A stretch of DNA of 64,000 bases, taken from contig OZ037767.1 of assembly GCA_964035545.1 (NCBI GenBank), positions 8,876,581 to 8,940,580 on the forward strand, read 5' to 3'. This DNA comes from Bugula neritina. Its lineage: Eukaryota; Animalia; Bryozoa. The notes below the pieces were generated by a model. It was given only the letters and a program-made list of their open reading frames with translations. It searched no databases and was not told the DNA's origin. Position numbers and translations under genes: made by a program. Each line of letters begins with the position of its first letter. The first letter of the stretch is position 1. Shown here one piece after another: positions 10,688-21,344 of this stretch.

Positions 10688-11509
10688 GTGTACTGTACTA
10701 ACACTGTTGAAACTTTTTCAGATTACACTCGACCCGCCACAACCAGGGTACGGGATAGAACACTTCCCGCTCCGTATCCGGAGGACTATGCTAGTGGTGA
10801 CCGGCCTGAGCCACTACGCCGCCGTTGGCGGTGGGTGTCTCCACAAACCGAAGAAGAAATAGAAACAGCCTGGGGGTCCAGAGGACGGACGAGATGCCAG
10901 ATCTGTGGTGAAGATTGCGCCTCTCACCGCTCCCTTAAACTACACGTCAATGCTCATCTCCTACTGACCTTCTGCCCCTGTGGGTACAATGATGTGTATC
11001 CCTACCCCGTCACCAGACACAGAGCGGCGGGCTGTTTCCCTGGAGAAAACTATGTGGTCGACGCTAAGCTGTACCCGGAGTTCCTCACGTATATACGACC
11101 TCTGGTAAAGAAGGCCATGCTATTAGCCGTTCTATCCTCGGGGTTCCAACGTGTGTTAGACAACGCCCGCCAACAATCCCCGCTGGTGTCTGACCGCCCT
11201 CCAATTACATACACCCCCGAGGAAACTACATATCCAGAAGAAGGAGAGATCTCCCCTACCCCGGCGAAGAGACGGACCAGGTCCCCCAGTCCACCCTTAC
11301 GCCGCAGACGAACACCGTCCCCAGACCCAGTACGACTAGCTACAGTAGAAGAACGCCTCCTACGATTACAAGAAGAGTTCACCCAGCTGGCGCCAGATCT
11401 ACTTAACACTACCACAGGACTCTTCCAGCTGAAGGGATCCGTATGCCGTATGAAACGGAAACTGCGTACATGCCAAGCCAAGCACCGGCGTGCCCAACAA
11501 GGACTCTAG
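10688..11509 (+). CDS. Retrotransposon ORF3: zinc-finger / basic SR-rich / coiled-coil accessory protein, probably expressed by splicing (exon starts at 10722)
   Basis: Open 273-codon frame with C-x2-C-x12-H-x3-H and C-x-C-x12-H-x4-C motifs (10895-11035), KRRTRSPSPPLRRRRTPSP, and a heptad-rich C-terminus. TACTAAC at 10696-10702 and TTTTTCAG acceptor ending at 10721. Confidence 0.8.
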   Translation: MYCTNTVETFSDYTRPATTRVRDRTLPAPYPEDYASGDRPEPLRRRWRWVSPQTEEEIETAWGSRGRTRCQICGEDCASHRSLKLHVNAHLLLTFCPCGYNDVYPYPVTRHRAAGCFPGENYVVDAKLYPEFLTYIRPLVKKAMLLAVLSSGFQRVLDNARQQSPLVSDRPPITYTPEETTYPEEGEISPTPAKRRTRSPSPPLRRRRTPSPDPVRLATVEERLLRLQEEFTQLAPDLLNTTTGLFQLKGSVCRMKRKLRTCQAKHRRAQQGL

Positions 11510-11776
11510 TATGCTACCCAGAATACTCCACATTTGGTGAGGAACCAAAATCGTGCAAATGCTTAACTGCTAGACAGGTTATTCCTTGTCTAATACCACA
11601 GCTAGCTAGTATTCCTCGTCTATCTACAGCTGGCCAATTGTATGCAACGGATCGTTATAACGACTCTGTCTATTATTATGTCTCTTCCTGTATATTATGT
11701 ATTATTTTTGTCCACTGATGTATGCAATTACTATTGAATGTTTTTTTTATATATATCAGAAAGATAGCTTTCTGCT

Positions 11777-11787
11777 GGTGGGGGCGG
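11777..11787 (+). promoter_or_regulatory. Polypurine tract
   Basis: GGTGGGGGCGG immediately before the 3' LTR. Confidence 0.75.
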
Positions 11788-12093
11788 TGTGGTGGTTCGT
11801 GGAACTACCAGCAGCACAACATGTAGGGTCGCGTAATTGACCCGGAACAATGGATAGCCAATTAGCGTAGTTGATAGTTAGCAGCAATTGTAGTTTCCCG
11901 CTGCTAACTCAGTCGAAGCTAGAGTGTGAAATAGATTAGATGTGTAACTTGTTGGAAATAATGTATCGTGTTTTTATAATGTATAGTTGTGTATAAAATA
12001 TACTCGTTCACTCGACTTAGCCTGGTGCAGTTCTATACTAGATAAATAGACTCTCTGGATAGCATATCAACCCTAAATCTAAAAATCTTAACA
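11788..12093 (+). repeat. 3' LTR (306 bp)
   Basis: 305/306 identical to the 5' LTR; followed by the GTAT TSD. Confidence 0.98.
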
Positions 12094-12823
12094 GTATTAA
12101 TAAACTTACAGGACTGTTAAGCTTAAAATTACAAAAAGATAGCTAATGAAACTAAGTTTTATTAGTCATTTAAATTCAATTTAAATTCTCCCATTTTTTT
12201 TACCTTCTACTGCATATAATTTAGTTTTCTTAATCATTGTATTGAAAGTCAAAGTTTTGGCATCTGAAAAGTTGGCCATCATAATTATTTAATACTTTGC
12301 TTAGTAATTATGAATAAGTTATCATTTTCATTAGCAGACGACATTGTAGCTCGCAGTCTTTTTCTACTTCTCAGATCGATCTGGCGTCTTTCCATGGTCT
12401 TATTGACATGAGATCGATCTGAGTTCGAGCTCTACAGACCGACCAGCTCGGATCGACCGAGATCGATCTTTGGCGTCTTTCCATGGATCGATCTCACTGA
12501 GATCGATCTGAGATCGGTCCATGGAAAGCCGGTGATTAACTGTAGTTAAAGGTACACAGGTCACGCCCTTTAAACATAAAGTCTTTAGTAGATCAAAGTA
12601 AAAGCTGTAAGGATTACAGATTTGTGTAAAGCTGTAACTATCATTACTGCTAATTCCCATTCTGGCAAGGCTAATATATACATAACAGAGCAAAGCTCCC
12701 TCACCTATTGAATCAGGTTTTAGACTTATAAAACACTTTATTACACAACTAGCAGATTAGAGTGATTTATTATAATAAAATATAAATTGAAATAATTTAT
12801 TATAAAATGGTATTTATGGGAAA

Positions 12824-13028
12824 TCTAGGGGTTAGAGCGTTTGCCTAGTAAACACAAAGGTCATGGGTTTGAGCCCTGGCAAAGGCCATTGGTGATGTTA
12901 GGAAGAGCATCCAGTCATAATTGCTCCTGTGCCTCATTTAAATAAGTCCTTAGCCCGATTTAACAAAAACCCTTTCTATCAGGGGTTTCTCACAGGGATA
13001 GCGACTATAAACTTGCGTGAGTTTTTTT
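12824..13028 (+). mobile_element. tRNA-derived SINE, family A, copy 2
   Basis: TCTAGGGGTTAGAGC, B-box-like GGGTTTGAGCCC, core TTAGGAAGAGCATCCAGTCATAATTGCTCC; matches the other copies. Confidence 0.75.
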
Positions 13029-14715
13029 AGCATAATATAACATCATAACTTAAGTGGTTTTCTCATTTATAAAAGAGTGTTTGTACACTTCATGTAAGTA
13101 ACCATAAAAATGTATTAGTATGCTATGGTCTAATCAGTAAGTTATGGGCATTTTAATATATTACTTATATATTTTCAGTACTGCAAATTGGAGTAAAGGA
13201 TTGATGATTAAAGTTATAATAAATCTATTAAAGTATGTAACTTCAACTATAACTTTTATATGTGCAAAACCATGCGCATAGTTTTGCAGATAGGCGTTAT
13301 AGTTGAAGTTACATAATTTTAACAACATTTCAGCATATGCTGAAATGCTGTTAAAATTATGAGACTTACTTGTTTTATATATACCAGAACATCAAGTTTG
13401 TCAAAAGTTTACAAAAATTGCACAGCATCCGGTAACATTTCAAAAGAAGGCCTTATTCTTTGAAAAAGTTATTTATAGGGATATAACATTGGAAACTGTC
13501 TAAGACCTGTTCAAAGAAGCTAAAATAACTGAAATGCATGGTTTAACAGAAATTTACACAAAAATAGACAATAACCAAGTTGTAAGAGTTATCTTTTCCA
13601 TAAATAGCTAATTTTTTGCTACCCTGGAACAAGAACTGTAACCTATATATTCACTGCAAATGCTGAAAGATGCCATCGCTCCATAATAAAATTATTGCAC
13701 CATTAATATAAATTGTGTTCTTAGTTACCAAGTTATTAAAATCATATTATTATCAATATCTAGTTGCTGCTAGGAAATCTATATAATATTAAGATAAGTT
13801 AGTATTGAGGGCAAATAAAAAAGAGTTTAATCATGAAATATAATGTTTCCAAATAGCCAAGAGCTTGTAAGATAATTCATAAACAATTTATCCTAAATAG
13901 ACAAAGTTGGTGGTTCAAAAACTAGTATCGATAAATTCCGAATTAACATGTAATAATTGTATTTTTATAGAACATTAATCAGCATTATGTCAAATAAAAC
14001 AGCAAATATGCTAATACTAACATTTAAATCTTATACATTTACATTTATAGGTTAACATGAATGTTTTGCATGTAAGAGATATAGCAATAGTAATGTATAA
14101 AATAATATGTTGATTGAATGATAATGAGAAATAGATATTTACTGGAAGATGGTGATAACACTCTTTTGATGAATAAATAGTGTTGACAAATCAATAGTCA
14201 TTTTTAACTTTTTTTCCTTGTTTTTGTCAAACAGTAAAAAAGAACTCAGATTCTGTTGCTGTGAAAAATATGCAGCATATTTATATGTCCTAGTTCAACG
14301 TAAAACTAAGTATTACAATAAATGCACCTCTACTTTTGGGAAGTATATAAAAATGCTTTTCAAAGTTGGTTATTCAAATATTGTTAATTGTTACTATATA
14401 TAAACTCTTAGTAGGAAATGAAAAACAAAGAGGGCTATTACAGAATTCTAAAGCTAAAAAACCTGCAGTCTGTAAAGCATCTTTTAGTGCATGTGCTGTA
14501 GCTATTGTGACTAACATGTGTGTACCAACTATGTATGTATAGTGCGTACACACACACACACACACGCACGCACGCACATCTATATATATGTATATGTGTA
14601 TATGTGTATAATTTGTGTTATGTGTTTTGAGCCTATGAGTACAAATATATACCTTTTGATTTTTTATATTGAATTTTTGTGCTTTAACTTATATGACAAG
14701 CTCAATATGTATATA

Positions 14716-14770
<55 letters not shown>

Positions 14771-14958
14771 TGGGCACCCTTTAACAATTTCAACCGTTCA
14801 GTGACACTATTCAAGGAAAGAGTTTTAATGTTACAGTGTAGTACCGGTATAGGCACTATTAATTTAGGTTCATCATTGATCAGTTAATTCATGCATGCAA
14901 CAGATTTGAGCCTATCGCTACACTAGCTAGCGTATGCAACTGATGGTATATGGTATTG

Positions 14959-14964
14959 TATAAA
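14959..14964 (+). promoter_or_regulatory. Candidate TATA box of the CYP gene
   Basis: TATAAA ~95 nt upstream of the ATG at 15054. Weak evidence in AT-rich DNA. Confidence 0.35.
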
Positions 14965-15053
14965 GGTCCATCAGCCTAACTTGCATGGTAGTTGTCAAAG
15001 AAACGCAGTAACTCCACATTAAGTTAAAAGAGTTGAAGTTTAGCGACAGCAGA

Positions 15054-18000
15054 ATGGTACTGGCTACCACACCTGTTTTAATTGCAATAGTGTTAGTGTT
15101 GCTGGGGTACTTGTTTCTCAAATGGCTAAAGGTATGTAGCCCAAATGTAACAAAATTTCACCAAAACATGAGTATTTGGCTTTACATAATTTTATAACGA
15201 ACTCGAGTACAAAATTCTGCATAGAAATGGAAGTTGATATTTATTATTCTTTGCAAGCTGTATATTGAAAAGCTTGTGCTATTAATGCATAGGTACCCTT
15301 TCATTTTTGTATTAAGTGAGGGCTGCTACGTTTTAGCAAATTTTGTAGTGTAATAAATGTTTCAAACAGAAATTACAGCAACAAAAAACATATTTTTAGC
15401 ATTTCATGGGTATCACTTTCCTGTTAAATAAAGTATATATGTAACATACACCTTCTCATATATTTTTGACGTTGCTTTCCAATAGTTTCAGTGTTTAAAT
15501 AAAGACTACCAACTGTTGAGATGCTATACATTATATTTCAAACAAATAACATTAACAGTTTTAATAATCAGTGTATATAAGTAATAGCTGATGTTACAAT
15601 TTTCAGGATCCACTGAGAAAGATACCTGGTCCAAGAGGGTTACCATTCATAGGTAACACATTATCTGTTGATCCAACAAGACTTCATATGATATTATATG
15701 ACTGGGCAGAGAAATATGGAGATATTATGAAGATTTCACTATTCAACACACCTATGGTGGTTGTTAACTCAACTGAACTGGCCTATGATGTTTTAGTGAA
15801 AACTGGTAAATATTATTACTTTTATGATGTGTTGTCATAACCAAATGCAACCTGCATTTGACAGAACGTTCTTTTTTCATAAAAACACATATTCTCACAA
15901 ATGTGTACCCAAAACAACGAAACTACAGTTAACTTGTTGAAACTCAAGGAACTCTACCTTGATTGCAACCATAACACATATTCATCTATGTTTATGTTGT
16001 TTGGAATCCCGAAGCCCCTGTGGTGTAATGGTTTAGCGTGCCTGCTTGCAAGCCAGAGGTCTGTGGTTCGGATCCCAGTGGGGGCAATTATTTTACAAGC
16101 TATTTCGGCCTTGTTTGGGAAAGTACTCTCAGAAGTTAAGTGGCGAGTAGAGCCCATAAACTGACAGAATACATGGGGGCCAACGCAGTTCCAGAGAGAA
16201 CTGGGTGGGATGTTGTTTGGAATCTTGAAGCCCCTGTGGTGTAATGACTTAGTGTGCTTGCTTGCAAGTCGGAGATCTGTGGTTCGAATCCTAGTGGAGG
16301 ACAATTATTTTATAGTTTGACAATATTTAATTTTAATTGAATCAACATAATAATTCTTGCTACATTGTGTCAGTTTTGTAATGTGTTGTCAATGTGTTGC
16401 TTTATGTAATAATTTAACTGCAAATATGTGCCAGATGAATACAAGCATGAAAATGTTAGCTGCACAATGAATACCAAAGTAATGTTTAAAATTGCTGTAT
16501 TTAATAATTATATAGGAGTGCTCATCATTAAGTTCGTGAAATTTTTCCTTACTGTTTAATGAATGGATAATCAACGAATAAAATATTCTTTAGCGCTATA
16601 GTATAATACCAAACGTGTCAGTTGAAAGCAATAAAAGCACAACAATGGTTTCATAAGATTTATCAGATATAATTTTATGAGACTATATGAATTAGGTAAA
16701 AGTTTATGAGTTATAAAGGGTAAAAATATTGAATGCTGCCAAATTTAAATATCAAACTAAAAGCTAAGCTATACTACGTAGTAATAATATAAAAAAATTA
16801 ATTAATAAATAGTAATTAACTAATTAATTAATTAATAAAAATATATGAGTAAGTTATTGGTGAACATGAATTAGGTGACGTACACTTAAGCAGAAATAAA
16901 TATTTTGCACTCAAGAATATGGATGTATAAAGTCTACTGTAGTTCTGTTTTTATAGCCATACATATGCAGATCTATACATAATTATATTTAATAAAGTAT
17001 CTCTGGCAGAGGTTGTAGTGTGTTGAGAATTTAGTGCACTGCTAAATGTGCTTGGGTACTTTTTTACTTTAATGTATAGCTGACTTTTTTCAAGTTTCCA
17101 TGCCTGTTTGCATAGAATAGCTATAGAGTTCTTTTGATAATGTGTTGGAAACTGGCTGGATGTTTATTATGTCTGTCTTAATATCTTAAAATCTGTCTTT
17201 GTAAAGCCAATAATATGTTTTGAATCTGCTAGAGGTGTGAAGTTCAGTTTAATTGGCATAGAACTGCTGTTGCCTTGTACATTAGGTCTGTTGGGCAGAG
17301 TCTATTGCTTTTACCAGCTGCAGCCTTTTACAATTCAACTTTTCACTTTTTTTGTTTCTTTTATCTTATTTATAAATTTAACAAAATCATGACTTATTTT
17401 AGGCACAGACTTTCAAGGAAGACCATTAGCTGCTAGGACAGAGAGGGTGATGGGTAAAGACCTGGCTTTCAGAGTAATTCTTTATAGTGTTGAGATTACT
17501 CAGTGGTACCTGCAGTTTAATGGTTAGCGTGCCTGCTTGCAATCCAGAGGTCTGCGGTTCAAATCTCAGACTGGGCAATTATTTTATAGTTTTAGAAGGT
17601 ATAATGAGTAGTCTATTAGGTTGAGTATTAATTTATTGCTAGAGAAACCAGTTTTGGTCAATTAAAGAATATGCTGAGACATTAAAACTGTCGAAGAATC
17701 TAGCTTATAGAAGAGAATGTATATAAATGTTTATGTCTTTTTAAATTACATGTACCAAGGTCCGATATATATACCTTATTCTATAAGTCTGCTAATCACT
17801 GCATCAACAGTATATTTTGGAAACTTATTTTGTAACAGCTAAGTGAACTCTTGAACAAATTTTTTTAGTCGATTGATGATCCTGGATATCAGCAAAGAAG
17901 ACACTACACCATTAAAGCAATCAAAGGGTATGGAGAAGAAGTGACTCACCTCGAGGATATAATACAAAGCATTACAATCACACTGATTGATGACATCACA

Positions 18001-21000
18001 AAACAGGATGGTCGACCTATGGATGTTGATCAGCTCTGTTATGGATTTCTCTGCTGTGTTATGGCTTCTTTGGTATGTTTAAAGTTTATTAAATACAATG
18101 TAGGTTAGAATAGCTAATTGAAATTGAATTAAAGTCATGTAATCAATGACGGGTTAGTGACTGTGATTGAAAGAAATATTATTCTTTTTAGCTGTATGGT
18201 GAAGAGTATGCCTATGATGATCCTGTGTGCCAGTCTATTAGCAGGATGACGAGAGACGTGTTGGAAGCAATAAATCTCGTGTCACGTGGGACTCTTTTAG
18301 ACAGTTTTCCTGTATTATTTAAGCAAAATTTCTTTCTCAAAGAAACCCAGAGGTAAATTCAGCAAACATGCAATTTCATAGATGAGTCACTTTACAAGAA
18401 AATTGCGGAGTATAAAGTGAGTTACAAATACATGTTGTATATCTATAATTTTGTTTAAATGCACTTACATTAGTGTTAGTGTTCATATATAAACAGCAAA
18501 CATATATAAATAAAAAAGTTGTTGCATGTACATATATAAAAAACAGTTTTATTAAGTAATTAACGTCACCAAATCATTGAGTATATCAACAAAATATATC
18601 ATAAAGATGAACAGCCAGGAACTTTTACATATTACTTCCCAATTCTGTTCCAACACTACAGTACAATAAAAAAAAATTTTCTGATGCGATTTTATCAGCA
18701 TCAACGTATAAGTTCAATAAAAAATTTATTTCATTATATTTTGCTTAGTTGCATATTATTGTACTTTTTCATAAAGAAACTTTAGAAGCAAAGTTAATTT
18801 GTTTGCCCGTTTTTGCAATATGTAAGCATAGCTGTGGTAGAGAGCACCAGGAGTGATGTACCCAATGTAAACAGTGTTCAGATGGATGCAGGTTTAACTT
18901 GGCTGTGGCCTTATTTACTAGTATAATGTAATACCAGATCATGTGTTGGACATTTAAATGGCATGGGTTTTGCAAACTCCCACTGTTGTAGAATTATTTT
19001 ATTGGATATTATGATGGTAGAATAGACTATTAAACATGTTATATTCAATTTACTACCTAATTATTATGGGATATCATTTACTATTCATATGACACTTGGT
19101 CTATATTTTTTATATATTCAATGATACATTATTTACTTTCTGAATCCATAGATTACCAGCTATGTATGCAATCAAAAGTTTATATTGCTATTATTTTAAA
19201 AGATAATTTGTCTAAATTGACATCATAATAGTGTCTTTTGTTTCGAAAGTTACTATTAAAATCTCAATTCATGTTTAATCATGCAGACGCTGTGATTACA
19301 AAGGCTACTTCTTGTCACTACAGGCTGAGTTTGATGAGAACTGTCTAAAAGGAGTGTTGGATCAGCTGATCTTAATTGAGAAACAGGAAGTTGGTACGGA
19401 TGACCCAGTTATGGATGATGATGCAATTTGGGGCATAATGTTGGACTTAGTTGTAGGGGGTATGCATACTTAAATTTAAGTTATTAGCATTACTATTGCT
19501 ATATCAGTTACCTACAGCTTTCACAGAAAGTGTAAGCCAACTAATATTTGTTTCTATTTGATAGTTTAAATTTGAATGGAAATTGCTGCTATAATTACAT
19601 AATGGCTAGCCTGTTTTTTAATTTTTGATTATGAAGTCTTGTGTTACACATATGTCAAGAGAACATGCAGATGTTCGGATCAGTGTGTTTTAACCAATTA
19701 AAGATATTAGTCCAGCAATTATGGTTTTATTACAAGCAGGGTACATGTAGATAATTTTGTGCCAAGTATATAAGCATTTGTAATACCATAGCTGGTAAAA
19801 ATGACGAAAATAGTATTTCCTTCAGGATCATTATTTTATAATTTAGCTTTATTAATATGATGCAACAAAAACATATCAATAGTTTCAACATAATGATATA
19901 ATACATTATATGTACATGTTTTGTAGGAATAGAGACTAGTCATTCTGTCCTCTGCCAGGCATTTCTTGATTTCCTTCATGAACCAGATTTACAGAAGAGA
20001 CTTCAAAGTGAGATTGACACTCAGTTTGACTCAACCCATGTCATCACGTTAAAAGACAGGTACTTAATGTTATTATTATATATTTTATATTTTGGCTTTT
20101 TGAAAAAAACAAGTTATGGGATTTCTCTACTAGTCGAGGTATAACAAAGATGACTGTTTTGTGGATTTACTTACAGGGCAAAGCTGCCGTTGCTACAGGC
20201 ATACATATATGAGAATCTCCGGTACAAGACAGTGACCCCTACGCTACTCCCGCATAGGACAATACGGGACACAAAGCTTGCTGGGTATGAGGTAATAAAT
20301 ATTGAAGGAGTTGAAAATAATAAATCCGTTTTACAAGCATCTATATATCATTCGAGCTTTAATTAGGAGATATATGTACCTATACTTTATAAGTACTACA
20401 CAACATATATGTAATTATCAAAACACACATGACTGATTTAAGACCTCTAAATTGGGAAATTCAAATTAGTTATCTTATTAAGTTGTTCTACGCCAAAATG
20501 ACCATTTAAATTTTTACAGCATATTCCATCAGTATTTCAACAAACTTTGTAGCTATACCTATTGGTGGCAACCAACTTGAGAAAATCTTGGGAGCAACTT
20601 TTTGTATGATCATTTGTTTATTGTCCAATGCTGCTTTAAAAGTCAAAATATTATTACCATGCATATGTCATAAAGAATTTAGTGTTTTAATTAGGCTCTT
20701 GCTTGAGTAGACTCTTGGCACATAAGTTTTTGTGTTTTTTCAACTGTATAAGAGTTTCACTACTTATGCAACTGCGTACATGCGTGGTGTTATGTGTATA
20801 ATATCATTATATAACTTTTTTCAGATTCCAGCTAATACAACTGTGTTGGTAAATGCTTTCTATACATCTCACAATCCGAGTGTTTATGAAGATCCATTTA
20901 CTATCAAACCAGAAAGATTCCTTGATGAACACGGAGCTGTTGTACCACCTGGTCATCCTGCTAGATATAAGTAAGTTTTCAGTAATTTATTAAACATAAA

Positions 21001-21344
21001 ATATTAAGCTACTGAATATTAGGCATTTTCATGAATATTAAAAAAACTATTCTATTTAGGCAAAAAAGCTATAAATCAATTTGAGCTGCATGAATGAAAA
21101 GAGTTAAAAAATTTCTAAACATATTTGTTGCAGTTCTATCGGCCTATCTTTTGGAAGCGGAAAAAAGAGCTGTTTTGGGAAGAATTTAGCCGAGACTAGA
21201 ATTTTTCTGTTTCTAGCTAATATTTTACAAAAGTTTACAGTCTCACCAGTTGGAGACCTGCCAGATAGAGATGTTAAAAACTACAAGTTGGTGATGGTAT
21301 TAAGACCACCCAGTGTTTCAGCAAAGTTTATCCGCAGACAGTAA
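15054..21344 (+). pseudogene. Microsomal cytochrome P450 (clan 2-like), 10 exons, 505 codons, with an in-frame TAA at codon 239
   Basis: GT-AG exons: 15054-15131, 15607-15805, 17403-17473, 17869-18072, 18192-18416, 19324-19459, 19927-20059, 20177-20291, 20825-20970, 21134-21344. Motifs: N-terminal TM helix, IPGPRGLPFIGN, I-helix GGIETS, ENLR, PERF, heme FGSGKKSCFG. Stop at 18354-18356. Confidence 0.9.
15994..16313 (+). repeat. Two tandem tRNA-like units (216-bp period) in CYP intron 2; third copy at ~17500-17590
   Basis: GCCCCTGTGGTGTAATGG...GGTTCGRATCC...GGGGGCA at 16014-16086 and 16230-16303, each followed by ATTATTTT. Anticodon and T stems are imperfect, so not called as tRNA genes. Confidence 0.75.

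Larger units (their letters stand above)
4608..12093 (+). mobile_element. Full-length Ty3/Gypsy LTR retrotransposon (7486 bp)
   Basis: TG...CA LTRs, 4-bp TSD GTAT (4604-4607 and 12094-12097), PBS, PPT, and gag-PR-RT-RNaseH-IN domain order. Confidence 0.98.
4268..12535. mobile_element. Non-autonomous TIR element (MITE, ~780 bp when empty) interrupted by the LTR retrotransposon
   Basis: ~50-bp imperfect TIRs: left CGGGCTTTCCATGTACCGATCTCAAATCGATCTC..., right ...GAGATCGATCTGAGATCGGTCCATGGAAAGCCGG. Subterminal GATCGATC repeats at both ends. Exact ends and TSD are uncertain. Confidence 0.8.

Noticed and set aside
11050-11481. Antisense ORF over ORF3 (and antisense ORFs at 5223, 7471, 8793, 9083 and 9714)
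   Set aside because: Shadow frames of GC-rich coding sequence with no motifs or expression signals.
10688-11509. env gene
   Set aside because: No evident signal peptide, fusion peptide or TM anchor; zinc-finger and basic motifs instead.
16014-16086. Functional tRNA gene (Ala/Cys-like loop TTGCAA)
   Set aside because: Anticodon and T stems are mispaired and the three copies diverge freely; treated as a tRNA-derived repeat.
18353-18362. Micro-intron GTAAATTCAG removing the CYP stop
   Set aside because: 10 nt is too short for spliceosomal splicing and would shift the frame.
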